Shown: positions 1 through 9,986, counted from the first letter of the stretch. The stretch: DNA of 64,000 bases from Chlorobiota bacterium (GCA_034670025.1 JAXMOE010000001.1:619099-683098), one strand, 5' to 3'. The notes: a model not told the origin generated them from the letters alone. Made by a program: numbers and translations.

Positions 1-1247
1 ATTATCAATATTCTAAAAAAGTATTTTCCCATTCTTTCATAAGCATTTTTATATTTGGTTTTATATTATCTTCAATAATATATTTATTCTCAGATAATTT
101 GGAATTTATATTATCTGGAGAGATTGAGAACTCCTCTGATTTAATAAAAATTGCCGCTTTTGTGCCACTAATTGACGCAATCCAGTTCATACCTTATGGA
201 CTTCTGAGGATGACAAACAAAGCAAAGAACTTTATTCTTATTAGATTCGTGCATGTGATTGTTTATGTAACACTAACTTATGTAGCAGTAGCAATACTTA
301 ACTATGGTGTATTCGCAGTATTAGTTATTCAATTAATCGCTTCATTAGTTACTTTAGCTATACAAATACCAAGAATTATAGAAAATTTGGAATTCAAATA
401 TGAATCTAAACTATTAAGAAAAATGTTGGTTTATGGTATTCCAACTTTACCTGCAGCACTCTCAACAATTATGCTTAATGTCGCAGATAAGCCAATAGTT
501 AAGGCATTCTCTGGCTCAGAGTCACAGGCAGTATATTCGGCAAATTATAAACTTGGAATCCCAATGCTGCTATTTATAACAGCATTTGATTATGCTTGGC
601 GTCCCTTCTTTCTAAATAATTACAAAGAAGAGGGTGCAAATAAATTGTTCTCTAAAATTCTTACTTATTTTACATTTATTGGTTCATTAATTTTTCTTGG
701 CTTTTCATATTTCGTGAGATATATTTCAGATATACCATTTATTGGCAAAGGTAAGTTATTACCAAATGATTACAAAGAGGGCTTAGTTATTATTCCGATA
801 ATTCTATTGGCATATTGGTTCAATGGAATGTATAATAATTTCTCTGCTTCCTTACATATAGCAAAGAAAACTAAATATTTAGCTTACTCTATTGTTACTG
901 GTACGGTATTCTATTTTGCTGCAATGTATATATTTATACCTCAAATGGGCTATTTGGGTGCAGCGTGGGCGACATTAGTAGGGTTTTTCGTAAATTCAGT
1001 CCTAATTTATTATTTCTCGAATAAATCTTACAAAATAGAGTATGATTGGAAGAAAATAATCACAATTGCAATATTAACAGCACTTATGTACTTCACTAAT
1101 GACAATTTGGCATTTGATTATGGAACTACAGAAGATATTGTTTCAAAAATCAGTTTGTTATTTTTGTTTATATTGTTTCTCAAATTATTCGGATTCTTCA
1201 CAAAAGAAGAAATCAAAGTATTAAAACGATTGATATTTAGAAGATAA
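1..1247 (+). CDS. Polysaccharide/oligosaccharide flippase-like polytopic membrane protein (MOP/Wzx-type), 5'-truncated at window edge
   Basis: ORF open from nt 3 to stop at 1245-1247; many hydrophobic helices; the listed TTG start at 99 is probably internal. Confidence 0.5.
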   Translation, partial: YQYSKKVFSHSFISIFIFGFILSSIIYLFSDNLEFILSGEIENSSDLIKIAAFVPLIDAIQFIPYGLLRMTNKAKNFILIRFVHVIVYVTLTYVAVAILNYGVFAVLVIQLIASLVTLAIQIPRIIENLEFKYESKLLRKMLVYGIPTLPAALSTIMLNVADKPIVKAFSGSESQAVYSANYKLGIPMLLFITAFDYAWRPFFLNNYKEEGANKLFSKILTYFTFIGSLIFLGFSYFVRYISDIPFIGKGKLLPNDYKEGLVIIPIILLAYWFNGMYNNFSASLHIAKKTKYLAYSIVTGTVFYFAAMYIFIPQMGYLGAAWATLVGFFVNSVLIYYFSNKSYKIEYDWKKIITIAILTALMYFTNDNLAFDYGTTEDIVSKISLLFLFILFLKLFGFFTKEEIKVLKRLIFRR

Positions 1248-1248
1248 T

Positions 1249-1322
1249 GCCTCCGTAGCTCAACTGGATAGAGTATCAGATTTCGGCTCTGAGGGTTGGG
1301 GGTTCGAATCCCTCCGGGGGTA
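1249..1322 (+). tRNA. tRNA-Arg (anticodon TCG)
   Basis: Hand-folded cloverleaf: acceptor GCCTCCG, D-arm GCTC-AACTGGATA-GAGT, anticodon stem TCAGA/TCTGA with loop TTTCGGC, T-arm GGGGG-TTCGAAT-CCCTC. The antisense ORF 1118-1333 translates the T-arm as GGIRTPN. Confidence 0.8.
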
Positions 1323-1389
1323 CTAATTTTCAAAAATATATAATATCATTTAGCCATTTACTTCTTAACTTTAAAAACATTATTATCTT

Positions 1390-2127
1390 ATGAAAATGAA
1401 ATATTTACCTATATTATTGATATTTATACTAATCTCTTGCGGAGAAGATAACTCAATAACACCAACCGAGACTGTATCACTTAATGTATCAATGAATCAC
1501 ACATTCGATGGGGAGCAATTAGAAACAAATAAAATATACACAAATGATGCAGGTAACGAACTGTCTGTTTCTAAGTTAAAGTATCTCCTGTCTAATTTCA
1601 ACATGACCAATAACGAAGGGGATATAATTGAACTTGATTCGAGTTACGCATTCGTAGATTTTGGAACTGGTAGAGTTGATTTCCAGCTTAGCAATGTAGA
1701 GGTTGGTAATTATAGTTCACTTACTTTTAATCTTGGAGTGGATTCATTGATAAACAGTTCAGACCCAAATATATTCCCTCAAGAAAGCCCTCTTAATCCA
1801 ATAGTAAATGATATGTACTGGAACTGGGCTGATGGTTTTATTTTTATGACTTTAGAGGGGTTAATATACGAAGACTCAGAATTGAAAGATGCTATTACAT
1901 ATCATGTTGGTTTAAATAAAAGTAATATAATAATTGAAATTAATGATGAGTTTGAGATTGATGAATCTGGCAAAATCAACTTAGAATTGGATGTTTCCAA
2001 AATTTTCAAATCAGAAACCAATATTAACGTAGATGATTACCCTTATGTAACTCATTCAAAAACAGATTTTGGACTGAGTGACGCATTGGCTCGGAATATC
2101 AAAAAATCATTCACTTTAAAGAAATAG
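1390..2127 (+). CDS. Secreted lipoprotein, possible MbnP-like partner of the downstream di-heme peroxidase
   Basis: Signal peptide with lipobox (LISCGED). About 245 aa and Trp-rich. A 3-nt gap to a MauG/CCP-family di-heme gene on the same strand suggests an operon. Confidence 0.4.
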   Translation: MKMKYLPILLIFILISCGEDNSITPTETVSLNVSMNHTFDGEQLETNKIYTNDAGNELSVSKLKYLLSNFNMTNNEGDIIELDSSYAFVDFGTGRVDFQLSNVEVGNYSSLTFNLGVDSLINSSDPNIFPQESPLNPIVNDMYWNWADGFIFMTLEGLIYEDSELKDAITYHVGLNKSNIIIEINDEFEIDESGKINLELDVSKIFKSETNINVDDYPYVTHSKTDFGLSDALARNIKKSFTLKK

Positions 2128-2130
2128 TAT

Positions 2131-3210
2131 ATGAAAACTAAAGCTTACATTTCTGTTGTAGTGTTTTATCTTAGTATAATTTCATTGACTATGTTATCTT
2201 CTTGTGGAGAAGATGCTGTTGAACCTGAAGAAGAGTATTCTACTACTCCATATAATCTTATTATCCCAACAAACCTACCTAGAGCAATTTTACCAGAAGA
2301 CAACCCTTTAACTGAAGAAGGTGTTAACTTAGGTAAGGAACTATTTTCTGATGGTCTATTATCAAGAGATGGTTCTGTTTCGTGTAATTCATGTCATCAG
2401 CAAGGAAGTGCATTTTCGGACAAAGATGCCAAATTTTCATTAGGTGTTGATGGGAGAATAGGAACAAGAAATTCAATGCCGTTGTTTAACTTTTTCTATC
2501 ATCAGAAAGGATTCTTTTGGGATGGTAGAGCTGATTCATTGAGACATCAAGCATTAATTCCAATTGAAGACCCTTTAGAAATGGATGAAACTTTAGAAAA
2601 TGTGTTAGCAAAGATAAACAATAAAGAAAAATACAGAAATTTATTCTATGCCGCTTTTGAAGATTCAGTTGCAACTGAGGAGAGATTAGGTTTAGCATTA
2701 GAGCAATTTATGCTAACTTTAGTTTCAGGTAATTCCAAATACGATAAAGTGCAAAGGGGAGAGTTACAGTTTACAGAATCAGAAAAAAGAGGAGAGGAGT
2801 TATTTTTTGGTGAATTTGACCCTACTGGTGAAAACAAAGGTGCAGATTGTTTCCATTGCCATGGGACTGCTAATTTTTCTAACCATGATTATATGAATAA
2901 TGGTCTTGACACAAAATTCTCTGATGGTGGAAGATTCAATATTACGAATAAATTGAATGATCGTGGTGCGTTCAAAACACCATCATTACGAAACGTTGCT
3001 GTTACAGCACCATATATGCACGACGGAAGATTCGAAACACTAGACGAAGTTGTAGAACACTACAATAGTGATGTCAAAATTTCTTTATCTTTAGACGCTA
3101 ATATGTTTAAGATTAAAGACGGCATTGGTCTTAATCAATCAGAAAAAAATGATTTAGTAAATTTTCTAAAAACATTAACTGATGAAGAATTTATATCAGG
3201 TAATCAATAA
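2131..3210 (+). CDS. Di-heme cytochrome c peroxidase (CCP/MauG family)
   Basis: Two CxxCH haem motifs (CNSCH, CFHCH), an N-terminal lipoprotein signal (SSCGED), and a length of about 360 aa typical of bacterial CCP. Confidence 0.85.
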   Translation: MKTKAYISVVVFYLSIISLTMLSSCGEDAVEPEEEYSTTPYNLIIPTNLPRAILPEDNPLTEEGVNLGKELFSDGLLSRDGSVSCNSCHQQGSAFSDKDAKFSLGVDGRIGTRNSMPLFNFFYHQKGFFWDGRADSLRHQALIPIEDPLEMDETLENVLAKINNKEKYRNLFYAAFEDSVATEERLGLALEQFMLTLVSGNSKYDKVQRGELQFTESEKRGEELFFGEFDPTGENKGADCFHCHGTANFSNHDYMNNGLDTKFSDGGRFNITNKLNDRGAFKTPSLRNVAVTAPYMHDGRFETLDEVVEHYNSDVKISLSLDANMFKIKDGIGLNQSEKNDLVNFLKTLTDEEFISGNQ

Positions 3211-5931
3211 TTAATTACCTGTATTATAAATTCCTTTATATTCAAATCCTTGTTTCATCCACATTGGCATCTCTCCACCGAAAACATAGTAGTCCATGAA
3301 TTGCTTCATTCTCATAGAATAATCAAGTTGATTATGCAGTTTTTTCAAATGATGAGGCTCATTTTCATACTGTAAGAAAATACAGTTTTTGTCAAATCTT
3401 CTTAAAGCCAAATATAACTCAATACCTTGTTGCCACGGCACCGCTTCATCTACATCACCAAACATTACCATTAGAGGAGTATTCATCTTGTCTGCGAAGA
3501 ATATCGGAGAGTTTTTGATATAAGAATCAAGTGAATCAATTATATTTCCGCCAATTCTGCTTTGCTGAGTTTCATACTGAAACTGTCTTGCTAACCCAGA
3601 ACCTAATCTTATTCCTGAGTAAGCCGAAGTCATATTAGAAACAGGGGCTCCTGACACACAAGCTGCAAAATAGTCTGTTTGCGTTACTATCCAAGCACTT
3701 TCGTAACCCGACCAACTGTGACCATGCATAACTATTCTTTCATCGTCAGCTATGCCCATTTCAACTAATTTATCACAACCTGCTAAGAGTGCTGCTTTTG
3801 AAGACTCACCAGGCATACCATCATAAAACTTAACATCTGGGAAAAACATTACATATTCATTTCCCAAGTAGAGTGAATAAGGAGGTCTGTGGTTTACTTT
3901 TGGCATATTAAACAAATTTTTTCTGTCTGAGAATCTTTCATAGAAATAAACGAAAACTGGATATTTTTTACCTTTCTTGTAATTATCTGGTAGTGCGTAA
4001 TAACCTTGTAATGTATCACCTAGCTCGGTGACATATTCAACTAAGTGCGATGTACCCCACAAGTATTTATCAACTTGTTTTTGACCATTAGAAATTTGAG
4101 TTGGGTCTGAAAGAGTTGTATCAGTAACCCAAACATCAGGGTAAGTGGAAAACCCCTGTTTTGTATATATCAATTTGTCAGCGTCTTTTGACTTTCTTAT
4201 AATGTTGTAGTTAAAATCACCTTTTAACTTTACTTCAATGTTCCCAGTTGATAAGTTTAATAATCCCAGCTCCTTCTTCTTATTAAATTTACCATAAAGT
4301 GAAATATTAACTATTTCAGATTCGTTGAACCATTTTTTATCATAATCTAAGTTATAAATGTTAAGCTTTGTATTGTTTTCTCTGCCGTATTCTTTTGTGA
4401 TGTTAGTTCTACTTCCATTTGCCAAATCGAACTTCCATAAGTCAAATTCATCTTTTATTATGACAAACTTGTCTTCACCAATCCACCCATCAATACCATA
4501 AGCACTTGGTTCTTTGGGGTGATCATCCATAACATCGTAAAATGGAGTGGTCATGCCTTTATTTAAGTGAACTTGTTGTCCAGTCTCGTTGTTATAACTA
4601 TACCAATTCTTTTTATTATAGTAAACTGTATATTTACCTTTTGGTGATAGTGTTGCTCTCTCTTCTAATTCTTTAGCAATTAGTGTTTTCTTGCCTGTGA
4701 CTATATTTACGATATATAAGTCATAATACCAGCCTTTGTATAGGACTAATCTCTTATAAGGCTCGTAATCCAAAACTATGCTGTAATTGGAATTACTAAA
4801 CTGTAGGTTTTCTTCATTTTCAGAAGAAGAGTAAATAGTTTCTTTTTTATCAATATCATAGACATTATAATAGAAATTATCCTTAGTTCTGTCCCATTGA
4901 GTTCTTTGTAAAGTCATAATATCTGAATCGTCAGGGTGCCATAAGTAAAGCTGTGTGTCGTCTAATATTTTATCCAAATCATAAAGATTCTCTTCTGTGA
5001 TTTTAGATGTGTCTTTATCGTCATCATACCATTCACTATTAGGTTTATACCCAAACCAAACAAACTTGTTGTCATCAGTAACTCTAATACCATTTACTTC
5101 AGGAATATACCAGTTATCTTTGAAATTAGTGTCTGCTATTAGTTCAGTCGAGTTATTGTTGTCAGAATAGAATTTTATTTGATTGTCCCTTATTTTATCT
5201 TTCTCATCTATATTCCCCTTCAAGTAATATAGATTATCTAAAGATTCGCTCCAGGTAAGATTAGAATATTTTACATTGCTGTCAGACTCAATAACCGATT
5301 CCGGTGCAAAATTGGCATTAAGGTTACGCTTGAAAAGACTACTGACATCATTCTTCAAAGTTGAATAATATACCTTTGTGCCTAATGAATCAAATGTGTA
5401 ATCATTTACATTATCAATTTTAAACTCAGATTTAGTCTCCAAGTGTCTAATATAAAATTCTTTACCTTTTGCCTTTTCTTTCTTGTCATAATCTCGGAAA
5501 TAAGCAAGCCAGTTTCCATTTTTAGATACATTATAACTACTGGTATTTTCAATAGTGGCTCTTTCTTCAGTGTTTGTGTTTATAACAACCAAGTCGTTTC
5601 CATTTGACTCGTCCTTTTCTTTATTAATCTTATCAAGATAGTCCTTGTCAAGCCTAACAACAAACCATTCAGTATTTTGTGAATAATCAAGATTTGAGCC
5701 ACTTTCAATCACAAACTCTTTGTTGGATTCTGTTGATTTTATAATGTATTTGTTGTTACCTCTTTGCTTGTCAAAACGATAAGTAATCCATTTCCCATTG
5801 TTTGTAATACTGGGCCTATTAAGGTCTTCAAATTTTAAAATATCTTCAAAATCAATTGCTTCTTTTGAAGCCAATGCAGAAAACAAAATGAAAAATGTTA
5901 AAATTAGTGTGCTCAGAATCCTGTGTTTCAT
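3211..5931 (-). CDS. S9-family serine peptidase (prolyl oligopeptidase/dipeptidyl peptidase-like), secreted
   Basis: Signal peptide, long N-terminal beta-propeller-like region, and a C-terminal alpha/beta-hydrolase with GHSWSGY nucleophile-elbow-like, DVDEAVP and NEPHH motifs. Confidence 0.7.
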   Translation of the reverse strand: MKHRILSTLILTFFILFSALASKEAIDFEDILKFEDLNRPSITNNGKWITYRFDKQRGNNKYIIKSTESNKEFVIESGSNLDYSQNTEWFVVRLDKDYLDKINKEKDESNGNDLVVINTNTEERATIENTSSYNVSKNGNWLAYFRDYDKKEKAKGKEFYIRHLETKSEFKIDNVNDYTFDSLGTKVYYSTLKNDVSSLFKRNLNANFAPESVIESDSNVKYSNLTWSESLDNLYYLKGNIDEKDKIRDNQIKFYSDNNNSTELIADTNFKDNWYIPEVNGIRVTDDNKFVWFGYKPNSEWYDDDKDTSKITEENLYDLDKILDDTQLYLWHPDDSDIMTLQRTQWDRTKDNFYYNVYDIDKKETIYSSSENEENLQFSNSNYSIVLDYEPYKRLVLYKGWYYDLYIVNIVTGKKTLIAKELEERATLSPKGKYTVYYNKKNWYSYNNETGQQVHLNKGMTTPFYDVMDDHPKEPSAYGIDGWIGEDKFVIIKDEFDLWKFDLANGSRTNITKEYGRENNTKLNIYNLDYDKKWFNESEIVNISLYGKFNKKKELGLLNLSTGNIEVKLKGDFNYNIIRKSKDADKLIYTKQGFSTYPDVWVTDTTLSDPTQISNGQKQVDKYLWGTSHLVEYVTELGDTLQGYYALPDNYKKGKKYPVFVYFYERFSDRKNLFNMPKVNHRPPYSLYLGNEYVMFFPDVKFYDGMPGESSKAALLAGCDKLVEMGIADDERIVMHGHSWSGYESAWIVTQTDYFAACVSGAPVSNMTSAYSGIRLGSGLARQFQYETQQSRIGGNIIDSLDSYIKNSPIFFADKMNTPLMVMFGDVDEAVPWQQGIELYLALRRFDKNCIFLQYENEPHHLKKLHNQLDYSMRMKQFMDYYVFGGEMPMWMKQGFEYKGIYNTGN

Positions 5932-6008
5932 ATTTATTCCAAATTTTAATATAATAGAGATGCTAAATATAAGATAAATAATAGAAAAGTAATAGTGCAG
6001 TTATAAAC

Positions 6009-6047
6009 AAAAAAAAAGAGTGGTCAGTAAAACTAACCACTCTTTTC
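6009..6047 (-). terminator. Rho-independent terminator downstream of tRNA-Leu (hairpin AGAGTGGT..ACCACTCT flanked by A/T runs)
   Basis: Perfect 8-bp inverted repeat 6017-6024/6036-6043 with a T-run on the minus-strand reading. Confidence 0.6.
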
Positions 6048-6055
6048 GGTGTTTG

Positions 6056-6139
6056 TACAGGAGGGGGGACTTGAACCCCCACGAAGTTGCCTTCACTGGA
6101 TTTTGAATCCAGCGCGTCTACCAATTCCGCCACTCCTGC
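6056..6139 (-). tRNA. tRNA-Leu (anticodon CAA)
   Basis: The reverse complement folds with anticodon stem CTGGA/TCCAG, loop TTCAAAA, a long variable arm, and T-arm GGGGG-TTCAAGT-CCCCC. Confidence 0.8.
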
Positions 6140-6203
6140 CTTTTAGACAAAAAAAGCAAAAACCATTTACTGCTTTTGCTTTTATATCGGATTTTAATTT
6201 GTG

Positions 6204-6278
6204 TGGGCGATGAGAGACTCGAACTCCCGACCCTCTGCTTGTAAGGCAGATGCTCTAAACCAACTGAGCTAATCGCCC
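6204..6278 (-). tRNA. tRNA-Val (anticodon TAC)
   Basis: The reverse complement reads GGGCGAT-TA-GCTCAGTTGGTTTAGAGC, with anticodon stem TCTGC/GCAGA, loop CTTACAA, T-loop TTCGAGT and acceptor 3' ATCGCCC-A. Confidence 0.8.
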
Positions 6279-6329
6279 CGATTAATGAGTACAAAACTAA
6301 GACATTTTTTTTAATCTGCAAACAAAAAA

Positions 6330-6566
6330 TTAAATTTCTCGTTCGATTCTTCGTACTTCATTGATTTTACTCAATATAATTTTTTCAATTCCTCCACGAA
6401 GTGTGTTCATTGCCATAGGATCATCCTTCAAAGTGCCTAATAACTTGAAAACAGCAGTCTGATTTTCAGATTCATATCTTTTAAATTGAATAAAAGCACC
6501 ATCTTTTTCGAGGATATTATTGATTTCCGTCACTACAGATTCAATTCTGTTTTCAATTGAACTCAT
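6330..6566 (-). CDS. NifU/Nfu-like domain protein lacking the CxxC cysteines
   Basis: 78 aa that align with the Nfu C-terminal domain (FKLLGTLKDDPMAMNTLRGGIEKII vs VKLQGACGSCPSS..LK.GIE) but contain no Cys. Start overlaps apbC stop. Confidence 0.45.
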   Translation of the reverse strand: MSSIENRIESVVTEINNILEKDGAFIQFKRYESENQTAVFKLLGTLKDDPMAMNTLRGGIEKIILSKINEVRRIEREI

Positions 6567-7651
6567 TATATATTGATTTCTACTTCAGGAGTACTTGTTT
6601 TTTCAAAATTAATTTTTCTTACTTTCGACACAATATGATCAGTTATTTTAATTATTTCTTTTGATTGTTCAGAATTTTCGTCTCTTAGTACTTCTGGCAT
6701 ACCACCATCATTTCCTTCTCTCATTTTCTGACTTAATGGAATTTGTCCTAATAAATCGACGTTTGTTTCTTCACTTATTAATTTTCCTCCGTCTTGTCCA
6801 AATATATAATATTTATCATCTGTTCCGGGAGGGGAGAACCAACTCATATTTTCAATTATACCGATATTTTCTACATTTACTTTTCTGAACATTGCAATAC
6901 TTCTTCTCACGTCAGCTAGAGCAATTTCCTGAGGAGTTGTGATTGTGATTGCACCAGTCAACGGTATCTTCTGAGTTAATGTTAACTGCACGTCACCTGT
7001 ACCAGGAGGTAAATCAAATATTAAGAAATCTAAGTTTCCCCAAGTGATTTGCTCAAATAGCATAGAAAAATATCCAGCCAGCATTGGCCCTCTTACTATA
7101 GCTGCATCATTTTGTTGCATCAGAAAACCCATTGACGCGATTTGGATACCATATTTTGTGGTTGGTCTAGCCATCACCTTACCATCTGGCATTTTAACTG
7201 ATTCCATTTGTGCATTTTTTAAACCGAACATAGTTGGTTGACTAGGTCCATATATATCAGCATCTAGTATACCTACTCTAGCACCTTTTTTTGAAAGAGC
7301 AGCTGCAATATTAGAAGCTATAGATGATTTACCAACGCCACCCTTACCTGAAGAAACTGCTATTAAGTTTTTAACATTAGGTAAAACTTCCCTATTACTT
7401 GTATCGTATGGAACTTCTGTGATGAGGACTTCGAATTTAGTGTCGGGGTAAACTTTTCTTAGCTCTTTAATTAAATCACTATTAATAGATTCTATTGACC
7501 AATATATTGGCTGTATTAATCTAAGTTTTATTTCTACTCTATCATCATCTATTACTATATGTTCTAATGCGTTAAGTTGACCTAAGGTTAAGTTTAAATC
7601 TCCGTCTTCTACGCTATTAACTATTTGTTCAATTTTTGTTTTGTCTAACAT
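6566..7651 (-). CDS. apbC: Fe-S cluster carrier ATPase Mrp/ApbC/NBP35 family with N-terminal MIP18/DUF59-like domain
   Basis: Deviant Walker A GKGGVGKSS and a ParA-like core, with an N-terminal domain of about 90 aa. Confidence 0.85.
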   Translation of the reverse strand: MLDKTKIEQIVNSVEDGDLNLTLGQLNALEHIVIDDDRVEIKLRLIQPIYWSIESINSDLIKELRKVYPDTKFEVLITEVPYDTSNREVLPNVKNLIAVSSGKGGVGKSSIASNIAAALSKKGARVGILDADIYGPSQPTMFGLKNAQMESVKMPDGKVMARPTTKYGIQIASMGFLMQQNDAAIVRGPMLAGYFSMLFEQITWGNLDFLIFDLPPGTGDVQLTLTQKIPLTGAITITTPQEIALADVRRSIAMFRKVNVENIGIIENMSWFSPPGTDDKYYIFGQDGGKLISEETNVDLLGQIPLSQKMREGNDGGMPEVLRDENSEQSKEIIKITDHIVSKVRKINFEKTSTPEVEINI

Positions 7652-7776
7652 GTTATACTATATTTTTATTTTTAAAATCGTTGCGTTGAAAACGAAAATT
7701 AACTATTTATCGTGTATTATGTAACTATAAGTCCAAATGATGTGTCTTATAGTTAATGAGATGGTGTATAATTTGA

Positions 7777-7810
7777 TTTGTAATATTTTAAAAATGCACT
7801 TATCTTTGAA
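7777..7810 (+). promoter_or_regulatory. Candidate Bacteroidetes-type sigA promoter (-33 TTTG, 20-nt spacer, -7 TAtcTTTG) upstream of the first T9SS paralog
   Basis: TTTG at 7777-7780 and TATCTTTG at 7803-7810, followed by an AAAGGGG SD-like element before the ATG at 7860. Confidence 0.3.
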
Positions 7811-7859
7811 GAATTACAGACAAATAATTAATTTTTAGTTTAACAAAAGGGGCTTAATA

Positions 7860-9932
7860 ATGAAAAAATTATTAACTATTTTACTTGTATTTACAACAAT
7901 TAGTGTTGTTAGTGCAGATGATTTTAGAAAAAGGGTATCTGAAAATTCAAATATACCTTTACATAAAGAACATCAAAATATTGATTTAAACAATATTGAT
8001 GGAAAGAACAGTTCAATTCAGAGTTATAAAGGTGATTCACTTTACTACATTGGAAATAATCATTTAGTGCATTATGCTTCTGGGACAAACCCTGTAAGTT
8101 ATGATCCTGCTACAAATTTACTTTCAGTTGCTATGGTTTATTTTGATTTTAATGCTACTACTAATAATTTAACTGGTACTAACTTATTTACATTAAACAC
8201 TACTAATAATGGTAGTTCTTGGGATAGTGCTTTTGTTCATAGAGAGCCAAATGATGAAGTAGCTCCTATGTATCCTTCACTTGCATTAAGTAATGCTGCG
8301 AAATCTTCTGATAGAAGTGATGTTAATTACATATTCTACGGTACAATAAATTATCGTGACAAAGGAAGTGGATTAGAACAAGATGCCGGAGGCGGAGTTT
8401 TTGTTTTTTATTCTCCTGAATTTGGAGGTCAAAACTTTGCTTCGAGATCTGAAGCACCAGAATCTGGTGGCAATGATAATGACCCACAAGAATGGTCACA
8501 AATAAGATTAAAGTCTGAACCAAATGATGATTTGGTTTATAGTTCTGGTACACTTACAGCTTCTAGTGATGCTAGTCAATACGGTTATTATGGATATTGG
8601 GGTTTTGATTTTGAAAGCGAAGAAATTGTAAGTAACAATCCTGAAGAATGGTGGACAAAACACTTTAGACAGGTAGACTCAAAAACAACTTCTTTTAATG
8701 GACCACTTCAAGTTGGGAGAGATGACAATGGTAACCTTTATGGTGTAGTCAATAATATTTTTGCAACTGATGAAGATACTAGAACGTTAGCATTTTCAAA
8801 ATCAGTAGATAATGGAGAGAATTGGACTGATTTTACTCAAATGCCAAGAACAACATTGACAGACTTTGTTGCAGAATATAGCGGTTATACTGATTTTAGT
8901 ACGCCTTCTAGCACTGCTTATCAACCGAGTCAACTTTTTGTTAGAGGAGAAAATGATTTTTCTTATTTCACAAGAATATTAATCTTCAATCCTGATGATG
9001 ATGAGCTAACTTTGAGATACTTTATTGTTGATATGAGACACAACAATGGTAATTGGTCAATCAATGTTATTGATGAATTAGAAACTTATGGTCCACCTGT
9101 ATTTGATGAACATGAGTCAACTCAAGGAGATAATGATCCTTCTGGTGACAAATATGACTTAGAAATACAAAATGCTCAATCATATTTATTTGGAAATAAC
9201 TTAAAAATGTCAAAAACAGCAGATGGTAGTAACATTGTACTTTACTGGATAGATGGTGTTCCGGGTGAGTTTATGAAATTTGAACCATATAATATTTATT
9301 CGACAAGAACGAATCAATTAACTGGCGACGAAGAAGAAGTATTTGAACCGATAGATTCTTTACAAGTATTTGATATCTTTGCAAAAGTATATAATGTTGA
9401 CTCAGATACTTGGGAAGAAACAAAGAATATGACTAATGATGATCATAATGATTTCTTTTTCCATGTTCCTGACTTAATAAAATCAGTTGATGAAGCACAA
9501 ATATTAACTTATGATGTAGTAAAGGTTACAAACAGTGCACATCCACTATTTGGAGTTCCTGAGCCAATTAACGAATTGATGTGGGGGCTACCTCCTTATA
9601 TGAAACAAGCAACATTTGATGCTAGAAATCCTAGTACCCAAGTAAGTGTTGAGAATACTTTAGATTTCAATGTAGAGTTAAAAAATGCATATCCTAATCC
9701 AGCAGTTAATACTGAAAGTGTAGAAGTTGGATTTACTTTAGGAAATGTTGCATTGATTTCTTTAGATATCTATAATAATGTTGGTAATAAAGTAATGAAT
9801 GTAATTGATAACGAGCATGTTAAAAGTTCAACTCATAGTATAAATATTAGTGAATTAAATTCTGGCAATTATTATTATCAATTAACAGTTGATGGTCATA
9901 CTTTCACTAAGAAATTAGTTATTATTAAATAG
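7860..9932 (+). CDS. Secreted BNR/Asp-box repeat beta-propeller-like protein with T9SS C-terminal sorting domain (paralog A)
   Basis: Signal peptide, Asp-box motifs (SVDNGENW), and a C-terminal T9SS CTD (ISLDIYNNVGNKV...YYYQLTVDGHTFTKKLVIIK). Confidence 0.6.
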   Translation: MKKLLTILLVFTTISVVSADDFRKRVSENSNIPLHKEHQNIDLNNIDGKNSSIQSYKGDSLYYIGNNHLVHYASGTNPVSYDPATNLLSVAMVYFDFNATTNNLTGTNLFTLNTTNNGSSWDSAFVHREPNDEVAPMYPSLALSNAAKSSDRSDVNYIFYGTINYRDKGSGLEQDAGGGVFVFYSPEFGGQNFASRSEAPESGGNDNDPQEWSQIRLKSEPNDDLVYSSGTLTASSDASQYGYYGYWGFDFESEEIVSNNPEEWWTKHFRQVDSKTTSFNGPLQVGRDDNGNLYGVVNNIFATDEDTRTLAFSKSVDNGENWTDFTQMPRTTLTDFVAEYSGYTDFSTPSSTAYQPSQLFVRGENDFSYFTRILIFNPDDDELTLRYFIVDMRHNNGNWSINVIDELETYGPPVFDEHESTQGDNDPSGDKYDLEIQNAQSYLFGNNLKMSKTADGSNIVLYWIDGVPGEFMKFEPYNIYSTRTNQLTGDEEEVFEPIDSLQVFDIFAKVYNVDSDTWEETKNMTNDDHNDFFFHVPDLIKSVDEAQILTYDVVKVTNSAHPLFGVPEPINELMWGLPPYMKQATFDARNPSTQVSVENTLDFNVELKNAYPNPAVNTESVEVGFTLGNVALISLDIYNNVGNKVMNVIDNEHVKSSTHSINISELNSGNYYYQLTVDGHTFTKKLVIIK

Positions 9933-9953
9933 TATTATTTACATATATGATTT

Positions 9954-9986
9954 AAAAAAAGGGGTATCATATGGTATCCCTTTTTT
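9954..9986 (+). terminator. Rho-independent terminator (AAAAAAA-GGGGTATC-ATAT-GGTATCCC-TTTTTT)
   Basis: Hairpin of G-C plus G-U pairs followed by a T-run, immediately after the stop codon. Confidence 0.65.

Noticed and set aside
6118-6321. 67-aa minus-strand ORF spanning the tRNA-Leu/tRNA-Val region (and, similarly, ORF 1118-1333 over tRNA-Arg)
   Set aside because: The translations contain the tell-tale GGIRTPN / GLEHLP peptides that arise from reading tRNA genes. They are tRNA loci, not CDS.
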